25,209 bases of DNA from a virus. The stretch spans positions 1-25,209 of the IMG/VR virus record IMGVR_UViG_2922727739_000003, one strand, 5' to 3'. Positions 16,327-23,153 of this stretch are shown here, piece by piece (the stretch's first letter is position 1; each line of letters opens with the position of its first letter). A program made the position numbers and the translations under genes. The notes beneath the pieces are model-generated. The model searched no databases and was not told where the DNA came from. It saw nothing but the letters and a program-made list of their open reading frames with translations.

Positions 16327-16662
16327 ATGATAACAATTCGTAAACAAAAACTATTTTTAGCTTTGACGCTTGCTTTTTTAATTGCTCTTGTTACGGTAAT
16401 ACCTGCATCAGCAGCGCCAGATGGTTACTACGATACCACTCCTAAATATGTCGAGATTGACAAAACATTTAATTTTAAAAAGAACGAACATGTTACTGTT
16501 CCTCTTAAAATCTACAACTATGTTACTTATTTTCCGAAAGGACGTTTTGTTGGAACCCTAGATTTAAAAAATCCTGTAACTACAGTAACTCATCAAGACG
16601 GTTCTGGCTACCACTACGCAAAGTATACAGGATATGTGTACTTCAATCCTAATGGCTATTAA
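16327..16662 (+). CDS. Secreted small beta-rich protein (moron on the opposite strand)
   Basis: RBS AAGGAGGTGA; Sec signal peptide (basic N-region, hydrophobic core, ASA|A); Tyr/Thr-rich mature part; own terminator. Confidence 0.85.
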   Translation: MITIRKQKLFLALTLAFLIALVTVIPASAAPDGYYDTTPKYVEIDKTFNFKKNEHVTVPLKIYNYVTYFPKGRFVGTLDLKNPVTTVTHQDGSGYHYAKYTGYVYFNPNGY

Positions 16663-16670
16663 AAAAACCG

Positions 16671-16701
16671 GGGTACTCTTTTTTAAGGGAGTGCCCTTTT
16701 T
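16671..16701 (+). terminator. Rho-independent terminator of the moron (possibly bidirectional)
   Basis: gggtactctt...aagggagtgccc followed by ttttt; A-run upstream; sits between convergent genes. Confidence 0.7.
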
Positions 16702-16724
16702 CATCTCTTAAAATCAATATATAA

Positions 16725-17066
16725 CTAGACTTTTACAGACTTTTTATTATTAATCAAAAGTTCAATTTCTTTTAATTGCTCTATATTCAATGTTCCAAGT
16801 TTGTTGCTGATTCTGCTAACAAGCCCTTGTTTTTCTTTTGTTTGATTAATATAATTCCAGTAATCGTTTGGTTCAACATATGCCTTATAACAACCCAATA
16901 TTCCGCTGTTATTAGTTAATGTTTTCTTATCTAATCTGATAGGATGCTTATCGCCCTCTTGGGTTACATACACGCTTGATGAATTTATTTTTTGAACAGT
17001 AAATTCTTCGAGATTTTCGTCTTTGAATAAAAAGCCACTTATACTCACATATAAGGTTTGCCCCAC
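16725..17066 (-). CDS. Hypothetical protein (113 aa)
   Basis: Co-oriented ORF; start uncertain. Confidence 0.6.
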   Translation of the reverse strand: MGQTLYVSISGFLFKDENLEEFTVQKINSSSVYVTQEGDKHPIRLDKKTLTNNSGILGCYKAYVEPNDYWNYINQTKEKQGLVSRISNKLGTLNIEQLKEIELLINNKKSVKV

Positions 17067-17260
17067 CTCAATTTTTTTTCACTAGAATTCTCCTTTTCTC
17101 TAAAATCTTTTATACTGATATTTCCAACCGCTTCATTATAGTTAACAAGCGTTCGTTTAATGCTGTCCAACATGACATTACAATTCTCTTTGCTTGGGTT
17201 TTGCGAGATGTTGTAGAGCATATTGGACAATCCACGCATAGTAACTTCTAAGTAACTCAT
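17045..17260 (-). CDS. Hypothetical protein (71 aa)
   Basis: ATGA overlap with upstream ORF; RBS AAGGAG. Confidence 0.55.
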   Translation of the reverse strand: MSYLEVTMRGLSNMLYNISQNPSKENCNVMLDSIKRTLVNYNEAVGNISIKDFREKENSSEKKLRWGKPYM

Positions 17261-17523
17261 TGCTTTGCAAACTCCTTTCTACTTTTAATCAAGCTTTCGA
17301 CCTCTACCTTATATTCTTCAGGACTTGAATGCTCATAATCCGCTATGTCTTCAACATCTTTAAAAAGTTGATAGGTTAAGTCATAAAATAATTCTCTATT
17401 GGGTAAAGACTCCCGATATGCATTGATCCGATTTTTATATTTATATATTTGTTCAATGCCACAATCTTCCCACATTTTTAATAGTAATAGTTCTAATTCG
17501 TTCATAATATATACCTTCCTCAT
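17257..17523 (-). CDS. Hypothetical protein (~82-88 aa)
   Basis: Co-oriented ORF in an operon. Confidence 0.6.
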   Translation of the reverse strand: MRKVYIMNELELLLLKMWEDCGIEQIYKYKNRINAYRESLPNRELFYDLTYQLFKDVEDIADYEHSSPEEYKVEVESLIKSRKEFAKQ

Positions 17524-17534
17524 CTCTAATTAAA

Positions 17535-17789
17535 TTAGATTTTTATCTTGTTTTTAATTTCTAATTTAATTTGTTCAAATAATTCTAATGCTTTTTGTTG
17601 AGTTTCTTTAGAGAACATTGACAGGCTGATATATTCTGTTTCCGAACATTCCAATGTTTTTCCGAATAATTCCCCCATCGAGACATCAACTTTAATTTTT
17701 GCACTTCCATTAAGCTCATTATCTTCGCCATAATAATTCTCGCTGCTAAGTGAAACACTAATCAGTTCACAATCCACACTACTTTTCAT
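17535..17789 (-). CDS. Hypothetical protein (84 aa)
   Basis: RBS AAGGAG. Confidence 0.65.
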   Translation of the reverse strand: MKSSVDCELISVSLSSENYYGEDNELNGSAKIKVDVSMGELFGKTLECSETEYISLSMFSKETQQKALELFEQIKLEIKNKIKI

Positions 17790-17818
17790 TAAATCATCTC
17801 CTTATTTGTTATCGTAGT

Positions 17819-18100
17819 TCATTTTAAATGGTCAGCAATTCTATTTTTGGGTAGTCTCATTAATATGGAAGCTCCAAAATCATTCAATGCATCCTCGCCT
17901 TTAATTGAATCTTCAGGAATCCAAACTTCAAGCTTGACCCGATAGTATCCTTTATTCTTTCCTTTTTTGGATGGAGCGTATGTACTAATTGTTCCTGATG
18001 GTGGAGCCAAGACCATCAAACTGTCTTCGTTCTTCTCTAATACCTGATCCATATACATTCCAACAAATTCTTTTGTAGCTCCAAAAATCACTTTACTCAT
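17819..18100 (-). CDS. Hypothetical protein (93 aa)
   Basis: ATG at 18100 after RBS GGAGGG. Confidence 0.65.
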   Translation of the reverse strand: MSKVIFGATKEFVGMYMDQVLEKNEDSLMVLAPPSGTISTYAPSKKGKNKGYYRVKLEVWIPEDSIKGEDALNDFGASILMRLPKNRIADHLK

Positions 18101-18141
18101 TATATTTCCCTCCAAAGTATTTTATTTTTTATATGTATTGT

Positions 18142-18699
18142 CTAGAAATTGTTAGTGGCAATCGCAATAGCAACATGTCTTTTTTCAGATTGAATCATTT
18201 TGACCTCATTTTTAATGTTTGTAATTTCACTTTGAAGTATAGCTATTTTTTCATCACAATCTTTTTTTACATTATTTGAACGAGTCGTATATCTTTTATA
18301 TTTCAGCACAGCTATTTCTGCTTCATTCTTTAGTCTTGTAAGTTCAACTTTTTTACGTTTAGTTTGTTCCAGTCTATGCATTTTTCTGAACTCTTTTTTA
18401 TAAATTTCTTTTACTTTGGTCCTAAAAGAGATATGTTGTCTATTATCTCTGTCAATTTCATATATGGTTGTCACAATACCTCCAGTCATATCGGTATAAA
18501 TGGCTACTTTATTGTCATAAGCAAACATATGACCATCTACCCCTTCATTGTCTGGAACAACTCCAATATACTCCGAATTTTTAAGAAGATAGCGAACTTG
18601 ATTGGTTGCTTCTTTTTTGTTTCTACTGTGAGTGGGAAATCTTTCTTGCATACGTTCAAAAGTATGGTTAGAAATAATAATATTCTTGGTTTCAATCAT
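18142..18699 (-). CDS. Hypothetical protein: DUF4258/RelE-like N-domain plus C-terminal coiled coil
   Basis: ISNHTFERMQERF...IVTTIY pattern followed by a long basic coiled coil; RBS AAGGAG. Confidence 0.6.
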   Translation of the reverse strand: MIETKNIIISNHTFERMQERFPTHSRNKKEATNQVRYLLKNSEYIGVVPDNEGVDGHMFAYDNKVAIYTDMTGGIVTTIYEIDRDNRQHISFRTKVKEIYKKEFRKMHRLEQTKRKKVELTRLKNEAEIAVLKYKRYTTRSNNVKKDCDEKIAILQSEITNIKNEVKMIQSEKRHVAIAIATNNF

Positions 18700-18755
18700 G
18701 TAAATCAACTCCTTTTAATATCATTAATAGATTGTTATATGTAGTATATATTTTG

Positions 18756-18773
18756 ATAAAAGACGGCTTTTAC
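18756..18773. repeat. Dispersed dyad RTAAAA-N6-TTTTAY, copy 7
   Basis: ataaaa gacggc ttttac, 6 nt from the stop of 18780-19070. Confidence 0.7.
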
Positions 18774-18779
18774 GAAGAA

Positions 18780-19070
18780 TCAAACCAATAGTTTGCCCTC
18801 AAGTTTATTGTATGCATTTTTAACTTTCTCACGAACTTCTATGTATTCATTCATATTTTTGAACATATCAATAACATTATTATCTTTGACCACAAAACAA
18901 TTATAGTAGTATTGAATTAATTTCTCTCCATTTTCATCTTGTTTGATTTGACATCCTAGTACGACTGCTCGCTTAATTTTAAATTCTACATCTGTAATGG
19001 AGTCGCACTTAAGATAACTGTGTGGACAAAGTTCTTTGTACTTATCAATAACATTGTTACTTATTTTCAT
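18780..19070 (-). CDS. Hypothetical protein (96 aa)
   Basis: RBS AGGAG; N-terminus KISNNVIDKYKELCP resembles the neighbour's. Confidence 0.65.
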   Translation of the reverse strand: MKISNNVIDKYKELCPHSYLKCDSITDVEFKIKRAVVLGCQIKQDENGEKLIQYYYNCFVVKDNNVIDMFKNMNEYIEVREKVKNAYNKLEGKLLV

Positions 19071-19093
19071 TTCAATTCATCTCCTATGTATTA

Positions 19094-19282
19094 TTATTGT
19101 AAATGCCATTCGTCAACATATGTATTGTTCGAGAATTCTTTATAAAATTGATTATTTTTATTTACTTGATCCCTGCCATCTTTTACACCCAGTTCGTAGC
19201 ACATCTTTCTGTGTCCTTCTCTAACTTCATCAAAAGCTCTACTCCAAAATAATTTATGTATAATCGAATTGAACAAAATCAT
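19094..19282 (-). CDS. Hypothetical protein (62 aa)
   Basis: ATGA overlap; RBS AAGGTG. Confidence 0.55.
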   Translation of the reverse strand: MILFNSIIHKLFWSRAFDEVREGHRKMCYELGVKDGRDQVNKNNQFYKEFSNNTYVDEWHLQ

Positions 19283-19518
19283 TTCACCTTCCTTCCCGTT
19301 AGGTTAACGAACTTACCAAACTTCTCAATCTTATATGGTCTTGGAGAGTTGGATTGATATTCAAATAATTCATTATAGGTTTCTTCAGTAGGCTTAAACT
19401 CTGCCCCTTTGAAATTAGTCTTTTCTCCAATGAGAAATGTTGTTGATCTAGGGTCGCCATCAACCCAACAAATATCTAACAGAATTTGTGCTTCATAACT
19501 TAATTGCATGCTTTTCAT
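19279..19518 (-). CDS. Hypothetical protein (79 aa)
   Basis: ATGA overlap with the upstream CPBP gene. Confidence 0.6.
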   Translation of the reverse strand: MKSMQLSYEAQILLDICWVDGDPRSTTFLIGEKTNFKGAEFKPTEETYNELFEYQSNSPRPYKIEKFGKFVNLTGRKVK

Positions 19519-19976
19519 CCTCTCAGTGACATAAATAAAATGACGAAGTAATTAAACAACAGGTGGCTGCAAATGGGAACCAGTATGTTATTTGTCTTTT
19601 TGTAATAGTGACTCCAAACTATCCCTATAAAAACGTAACCAAGGAAACCAACTAGATTCCAGTGTGGTATTGCAAATAGTATAGAGCTTATAATTGAAGC
19701 GACCCAAAAGTTATATTTCTTGTACAGTTTCGAGAATAAATACTTTCTACAAATTAATTCTTCAATGACAGGACTAAAGATTATTGCGTATATGTACATA
19801 ATTGGTGTTTGAAGATGTGTTAATGGCTGCTGAATAATAAACAAAGATGATAGTTTGGTTAGAGCAGAGAATCCCATAATGGCGAAACAAAATGAATTGA
19901 ATATTGATTCTCTGTTTATTTTAGTATTGATCTGTTCGTAATCTTCCCTGAACCAATACTTACAGTATTTCAGCAT
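19515..19976 (-). CDS. CPBP/Abi (CAAX protease-like) intramembrane metalloprotease; 5' end possibly frameshifted
   Basis: PVIEELICR (EExxxR), FAIPH (FxxxH), HLLFN (HxxxN) motifs; several TM segments. Confidence 0.85.
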   Translation of the reverse strand: MLKYCKYWFREDYEQINTKINRESIFNSFCFAIMGFSALTKLSSLFIIQQPLTHLQTPIMYIYAIIFSPVIEELICRKYLFSKLYKKYNFWVASIISSILFAIPHWNLVGFLGYVFIGIVWSHYYKKTNNILVPICSHLLFNYFVILFMSLRG

Positions 19977-20074
19977 TAAACCTAAAATGATAGTTGGCGC
20001 TATATTTATAATGAGGGAAAACGTATATAGTCACTCCTTTTGTGGATGTTTTTCATTTCAACCACCTCCTAAAT

Positions 20075-20104
20075 AAAAAAGTACAGGCCTTGTTTGACCT
20101 GTAC
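20075..20104 (-). terminator. Rho-independent terminator downstream of thyX
   Basis: - strand GTACAGGTC-aaacaa-GGCCTGTAC-TTTTTT. Confidence 0.75.
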
Positions 20105-20106
20105 CT

Positions 20107-20150
20107 ATAATATCATATGTGATTATATTTGTATATATGTTTTTCATTAT
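20107..20150 (-). promoter_or_regulatory. Extended -10 promoter with upstream ATAATGAAA box (same layout as the parM promoter)
   Basis: - strand ATAATGAAA...TATACA-N17(ending TGA)-TATTAT. Confidence 0.55.
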
Positions 20151-20152
20151 TT

Positions 20153-20836
20153 TTATTTATTTAATTCATCAATGCTGACAGGAAACCTTTCTTTAGCCAA
20201 TTCAATGACTGCTTTTGCGTATTGTTGAATCTCCTTTTGAGCATCATGTTCAAGTCTCTGGTTTAGGAAATGGCAAACTCCTTGAAGTGATGTAGACCAA
20301 TACCAACGTACATACATACCATAGGCCGGGAGAAATAGTCTTGCTTGTTCTGCACAAATTCCTTTCTCAATAGCCCACTCATAATTACTTTCTGCATCTT
20401 CAATAGTTTTAAAGAGTCGATATGTAGCTTCTTCACCAAGCTCAAATTTAACAATATCTCCGCTGCCTTGTTTCGAGTTTTCAGGTTTAGAACGCCACTC
20501 ATTAAATGCTGGTACATGAAAGTTTGGCTCTTCAGTGATGTAACGTCGACTAGATTCATTCCAAGCGTCCATCGTATGGTCAGAGCCAACAATATATTTC
20601 CACCATTGTCGAGCTACCATAAGTGGTGCATATACTTCAAACTGAAGAAATGCATGTCTAAAAGGGCTGGTATGATCTTCCCGCGCTAGAAATTTAATTA
20701 GCTTAATATCCTTTTCAGTTAGTTCTTTTGACTCTTTTGCATAGGATACACGAGCAGCGTTAGCCACTGTAAGATCCGAACCCATTACATCCACTAATCG
20801 TACATAACCTTTATCTAGCACATCAATTTTGTTCAT
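20153..20836 (-). CDS. thyX: FAD-dependent thymidylate synthase ThyX
   Basis: VANAARVSY, HTSPFRH, VARQW...WNESSRRY, EQARLFLP, HDAQKEI; ATG at 20836 after RBS AAGGAG. Confidence 0.93.
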   Translation of the reverse strand: MNKIDVLDKGYVRLVDVMGSDLTVANAARVSYAKESKELTEKDIKLIKFLAREDHTSPFRHAFLQFEVYAPLMVARQWWKYIVGSDHTMDAWNESSRRYITEEPNFHVPAFNEWRSKPENSKQGSGDIVKFELGEEATYRLFKTIEDAESNYEWAIEKGICAEQARLFLPAYGMYVRWYWSTSLQGVCHFLNQRLEHDAQKEIQQYAKAVIELAKERFPVSIDELNK

Positions 20837-20866
20837 ATTTAAATTCTCCTTTTGATCAATTTTAAA

Positions 20867-20887
20867 GGCAGTGGATTTACCACCGCC
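20867..20887 (-). terminator. GC-rich hairpin between the pyrophosphohydrolase gene and thyX
   Basis: - strand GGCGGTGG-taaat-CCACTGCC-TTT; short U-tract. Confidence 0.45.
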
Positions 20888-20897
20888 CAAGACTATA

Positions 20898-21641
20898 CTA
20901 AATGAATCGTTTAGCACCAAGTTTAATTTGTCGTTTTACTTCTTCTTCAATTTTAGGTTCAGGAGCTTCCCATTCTTCAGGCTTGATTACTTTACCCACT
21001 TTATCATAGTGTGGTTCCCCATCAGGGAAAATTTTGGACATATTTGCCTGATGTACTAAATCAAAAATTCTGTCTGGAACAACAGAAGTCTCAACAAATC
21101 CACCTTCAGCAAAATACTTGATATCAGTAAGAGCGTCAATTTGCCCAATTAGACGGTCTTCGGGGAAAGGCTTAGTGAGCTGTTTTTTGTATGTTTCTTC
21201 GGCATTCAAGATTAATTCAGCAAAAAACTTATCGAATCTTTCTTTGCTTCCAGCAGAAGCATACAAAAGTTCAATTACCTCCTCAAGAATAAAAGAGGCG
21301 CGGTTGATTGCCAATTTATCTGACAGTACAGTTGGCACATCTGGAGCAGGGCAATTAAATGCCTTTTGGAATTTACGTACTTTGAAGAAATCAGAATATA
21401 CAGGAGTTCCAGTATAGTTACCAAGAAAGTTTTTCTTTTGTTTTCTTTTTTCTTTATAATGTCGTAGCAAGGAAGCGTCAAACTTATTCGTTCGTCTTTT
21501 ATTTTTGATATAGTATGTTACCACTGTCAAACCATCCAGATGTCCTTTAACAACACCTTTCACCTTGAGTGGCTTAATATAAACTGTCTCATTAATTGCG
21601 TAAAATGGTTGTTTTACTTGCTTATTATTTTTGACTGTCAT
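20898..21641 (-). CDS. MazG/PRA-PH-like (all-alpha) nucleoside triphosphate pyrophosphohydrolase with extra basic N-terminal domain
   Basis: VRKFQKAF, ILEEVIEL, IDALTDIKYF, VHQANMSK, GKVIKPEEWEAPE motifs. Confidence 0.82.
   Translation of the reverse strand: MTVKNNKQVKQPFYAINETVYIKPLKVKGVVKGHLDGLTVVTYYIKNKRRTNKFDASLLRHYKEKRKQKKNFLGNYTGTPVYSDFFKVRKFQKAFNCPAPDVPTVLSDKLAINRASFILEEVIELLYASAGSKERFDKFFAELILNAEETYKKQLTKPFPEDRLIGQIDALTDIKYFAEGGFVETSVVPDRIFDLVHQANMSKIFPDGEPHYDKVGKVIKPEEWEAPEPKIEEEVKRQIKLGAKRFI
21600..21617. repeat. Dispersed dyad RTAAAA-N6-TTTTAY, copy 8 (inside the 5' end of a CDS)
   Basis: gtaaaa tggttg ttttac at codons ~9-14 of the pyrophosphohydrolase gene; may be chance. Confidence 0.4.
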
Positions 21642-21646
21642 ATGTA

Positions 21647-22081
21647 TTACTGCTCCCTTATTATGTTTTTTAAATGGATTAACTTATTAAAATCTTCAAC
21701 TACTCTATTGGTAGGGTAACTTTCAAATCTAAATTTAAAAAGAATACTATTTTTCTCAATCAATAATTCTTCTAGTATATCTAAGGCTCCACAATATACA
21801 TCATATATGGAGTTACCACTACCAAACAGTCCTATCTTCTTATTGTGTAAACTAATTAATTGAGTATATATATTTTGAAAATACTTGTGCGGAACTCCTC
21901 TCCCAACTGTTGAGGTTCCGATTAGTATTGTTTCGTAGTCTCCAAAACTAAATTCAAAGGGGTTTGTCTTGGCTAAATTGATAAGATCATATCCAGTAGT
22001 ATTACTTAGCTCAACCAATGCTTTGGTATTACCAGACATTGAATAATAATAGATAGCCTTATTGTTATAGGTCAAATCCAT
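21647..22081 (-). CDS. Flavodoxin associated with the RNR operon (NrdI-like role)
   Basis: YYSMSGNT FMN loop, GTSTVGRG, FGSGNS.Y..YCGA; start uncertain (22081 or 22099). Confidence 0.85.
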   Translation of the reverse strand: MDLTYNNKAIYYYSMSGNTKALVELSNTTGYDLINLAKTNPFEFSFGDYETILIGTSTVGRGVPHKYFQNIYTQLISLHNKKIGLFGSGNSIYDVYCGALDILEELLIEKNSILFKFRFESYPTNRVVEDFNKLIHLKNIIREQ

Positions 22082-23090
22082 CGCCGCTTTCATGTCCATA
22101 TGAAATTACATTCGTTTGGAAGAAATCACTTTTTGTATTACCACCTTTTGAGCCATAGGTAATAATCCATTTTGATTTCAGTTCTTTGTTGTCTGGATAA
22201 ACTTCTTGTATACCTGCATTTCTACAAATAACATTTGCAAGATATTCAACGTAATCTTTGTATTCTAGAATAGACAACGTATCGATTCCTTCAAATATAA
22301 ATTCAGCCCATTCTTTTTCTTTTTCGACGCATGTTTTGATAAATGATACGGCTTCTTTATGATTCAATTCAGTGTTTAATTCAGGGTTTTCCAACATCAG
22401 AATCTTCATCACATCTCCATAAAACACTGAATGAAAATTCTCATCAGTTTTAATGAGATTGACCATGTTGTTAGAGCCAATCATTCTGTTTGAACGAGCA
22501 AGAGAATTAAAGTACACGAACGCTCCAGTAAAAAACACACCTTCGAGGACTAAGTTTGCAAGTAGTGCATGATATAGTTTTTCTAAATTGGTTGGATCGT
22601 CGATAAAATTTTGGATTTTTTCAAAAATGATATCGTTTCGTTTGCGCAATAATGGGATTTCTTTTGGTGCATTAAATGCCTGTTTCTTTTGTTCAGAGTT
22701 AAGCATGGTAGAAGTTAAATACTGATATGATCTAGCATGCAGCCCCTCAAAAGCACCAATAATTTGAATGACTGCTGCTACACTTGGGTCTGTACATGTA
22801 TGCCCAATAGTAAAGTTGAAACGATTAGCTACAGAATCCAAAGATGTCAACATTCCCGTTACAACGTTATAAGTATATCTTTCTTTTTCTGTTAAACCGT
22901 CACGATATTGCTTCAAGTCTGAGGTAAGCCTAATCTCATCTTCAATCCAATAATTACCAAATAGTTCTTTGTACAGAGTCAGCATATGAGGATATTTGAT
23001 ATCATCCCAATCGCATATACCGCTTGCCTCACCGCCAAAAATCTTGGTTGCTTTATTATTCACTTCTCCGTTAAATACTCTAAAAGCCAA
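22065..23090 (-). CDS. nrdB: Class I ribonucleotide reductase beta subunit
   Basis: Metal ligands LD, EGLH, LEGVFF, DENFH; radical Tyr in HARSY; C-terminal DFF...Y. Confidence 0.93.
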   Translation of the reverse strand: MAFRVFNGEVNNKATKIFGGEASGICDWDDIKYPHMLTLYKELFGNYWIEDEIRLTSDLKQYRDGLTEKERYTYNVVTGMLTSLDSVANRFNFTIGHTCTDPSVAAVIQIIGAFEGLHARSYQYLTSTMLNSEQKKQAFNAPKEIPLLRKRNDIIFEKIQNFIDDPTNLEKLYHALLANLVLEGVFFTGAFVYFNSLARSNRMIGSNNMVNLIKTDENFHSVFYGDVMKILMLENPELNTELNHKEAVSFIKTCVEKEKEWAEFIFEGIDTLSILEYKDYVEYLANVICRNAGIQEVYPDNKELKSKWIITYGSKGGNTKSDFFQTNVISYGHESGDGFDL

Positions 23091-23153
23091 TACTCATCAT
23101 CCTATCTACAAATTATTAAGAAGAGAGAAGATTCCCCTCTTCTATTTCATCGT

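Noticed and set aside
16327-16662. Arbitrium AimP-like signalling peptide
   Set aside because: Far longer than AimP, and no adjacent TPR receptor gene in the window
18715-18755. Third copy of the phage promoter layout (TACATA-N17-TATTAA)
   Set aside because: The -10 box abuts the RBS, leaving no room for a transcript leader; poor match
3723-18773. Dyad copies as a CRISPR array or as terminators
   Set aside because: Copies are hundreds to thousands of bases apart and separated by genes; the stems are all A/T and too weak for termination; no cas genes
22065-23090. Metal-free (class Ie) or Tyr-less (class Ic) RNR beta variant
   Set aside because: All carboxylate and His ligands and the radical Tyr are present
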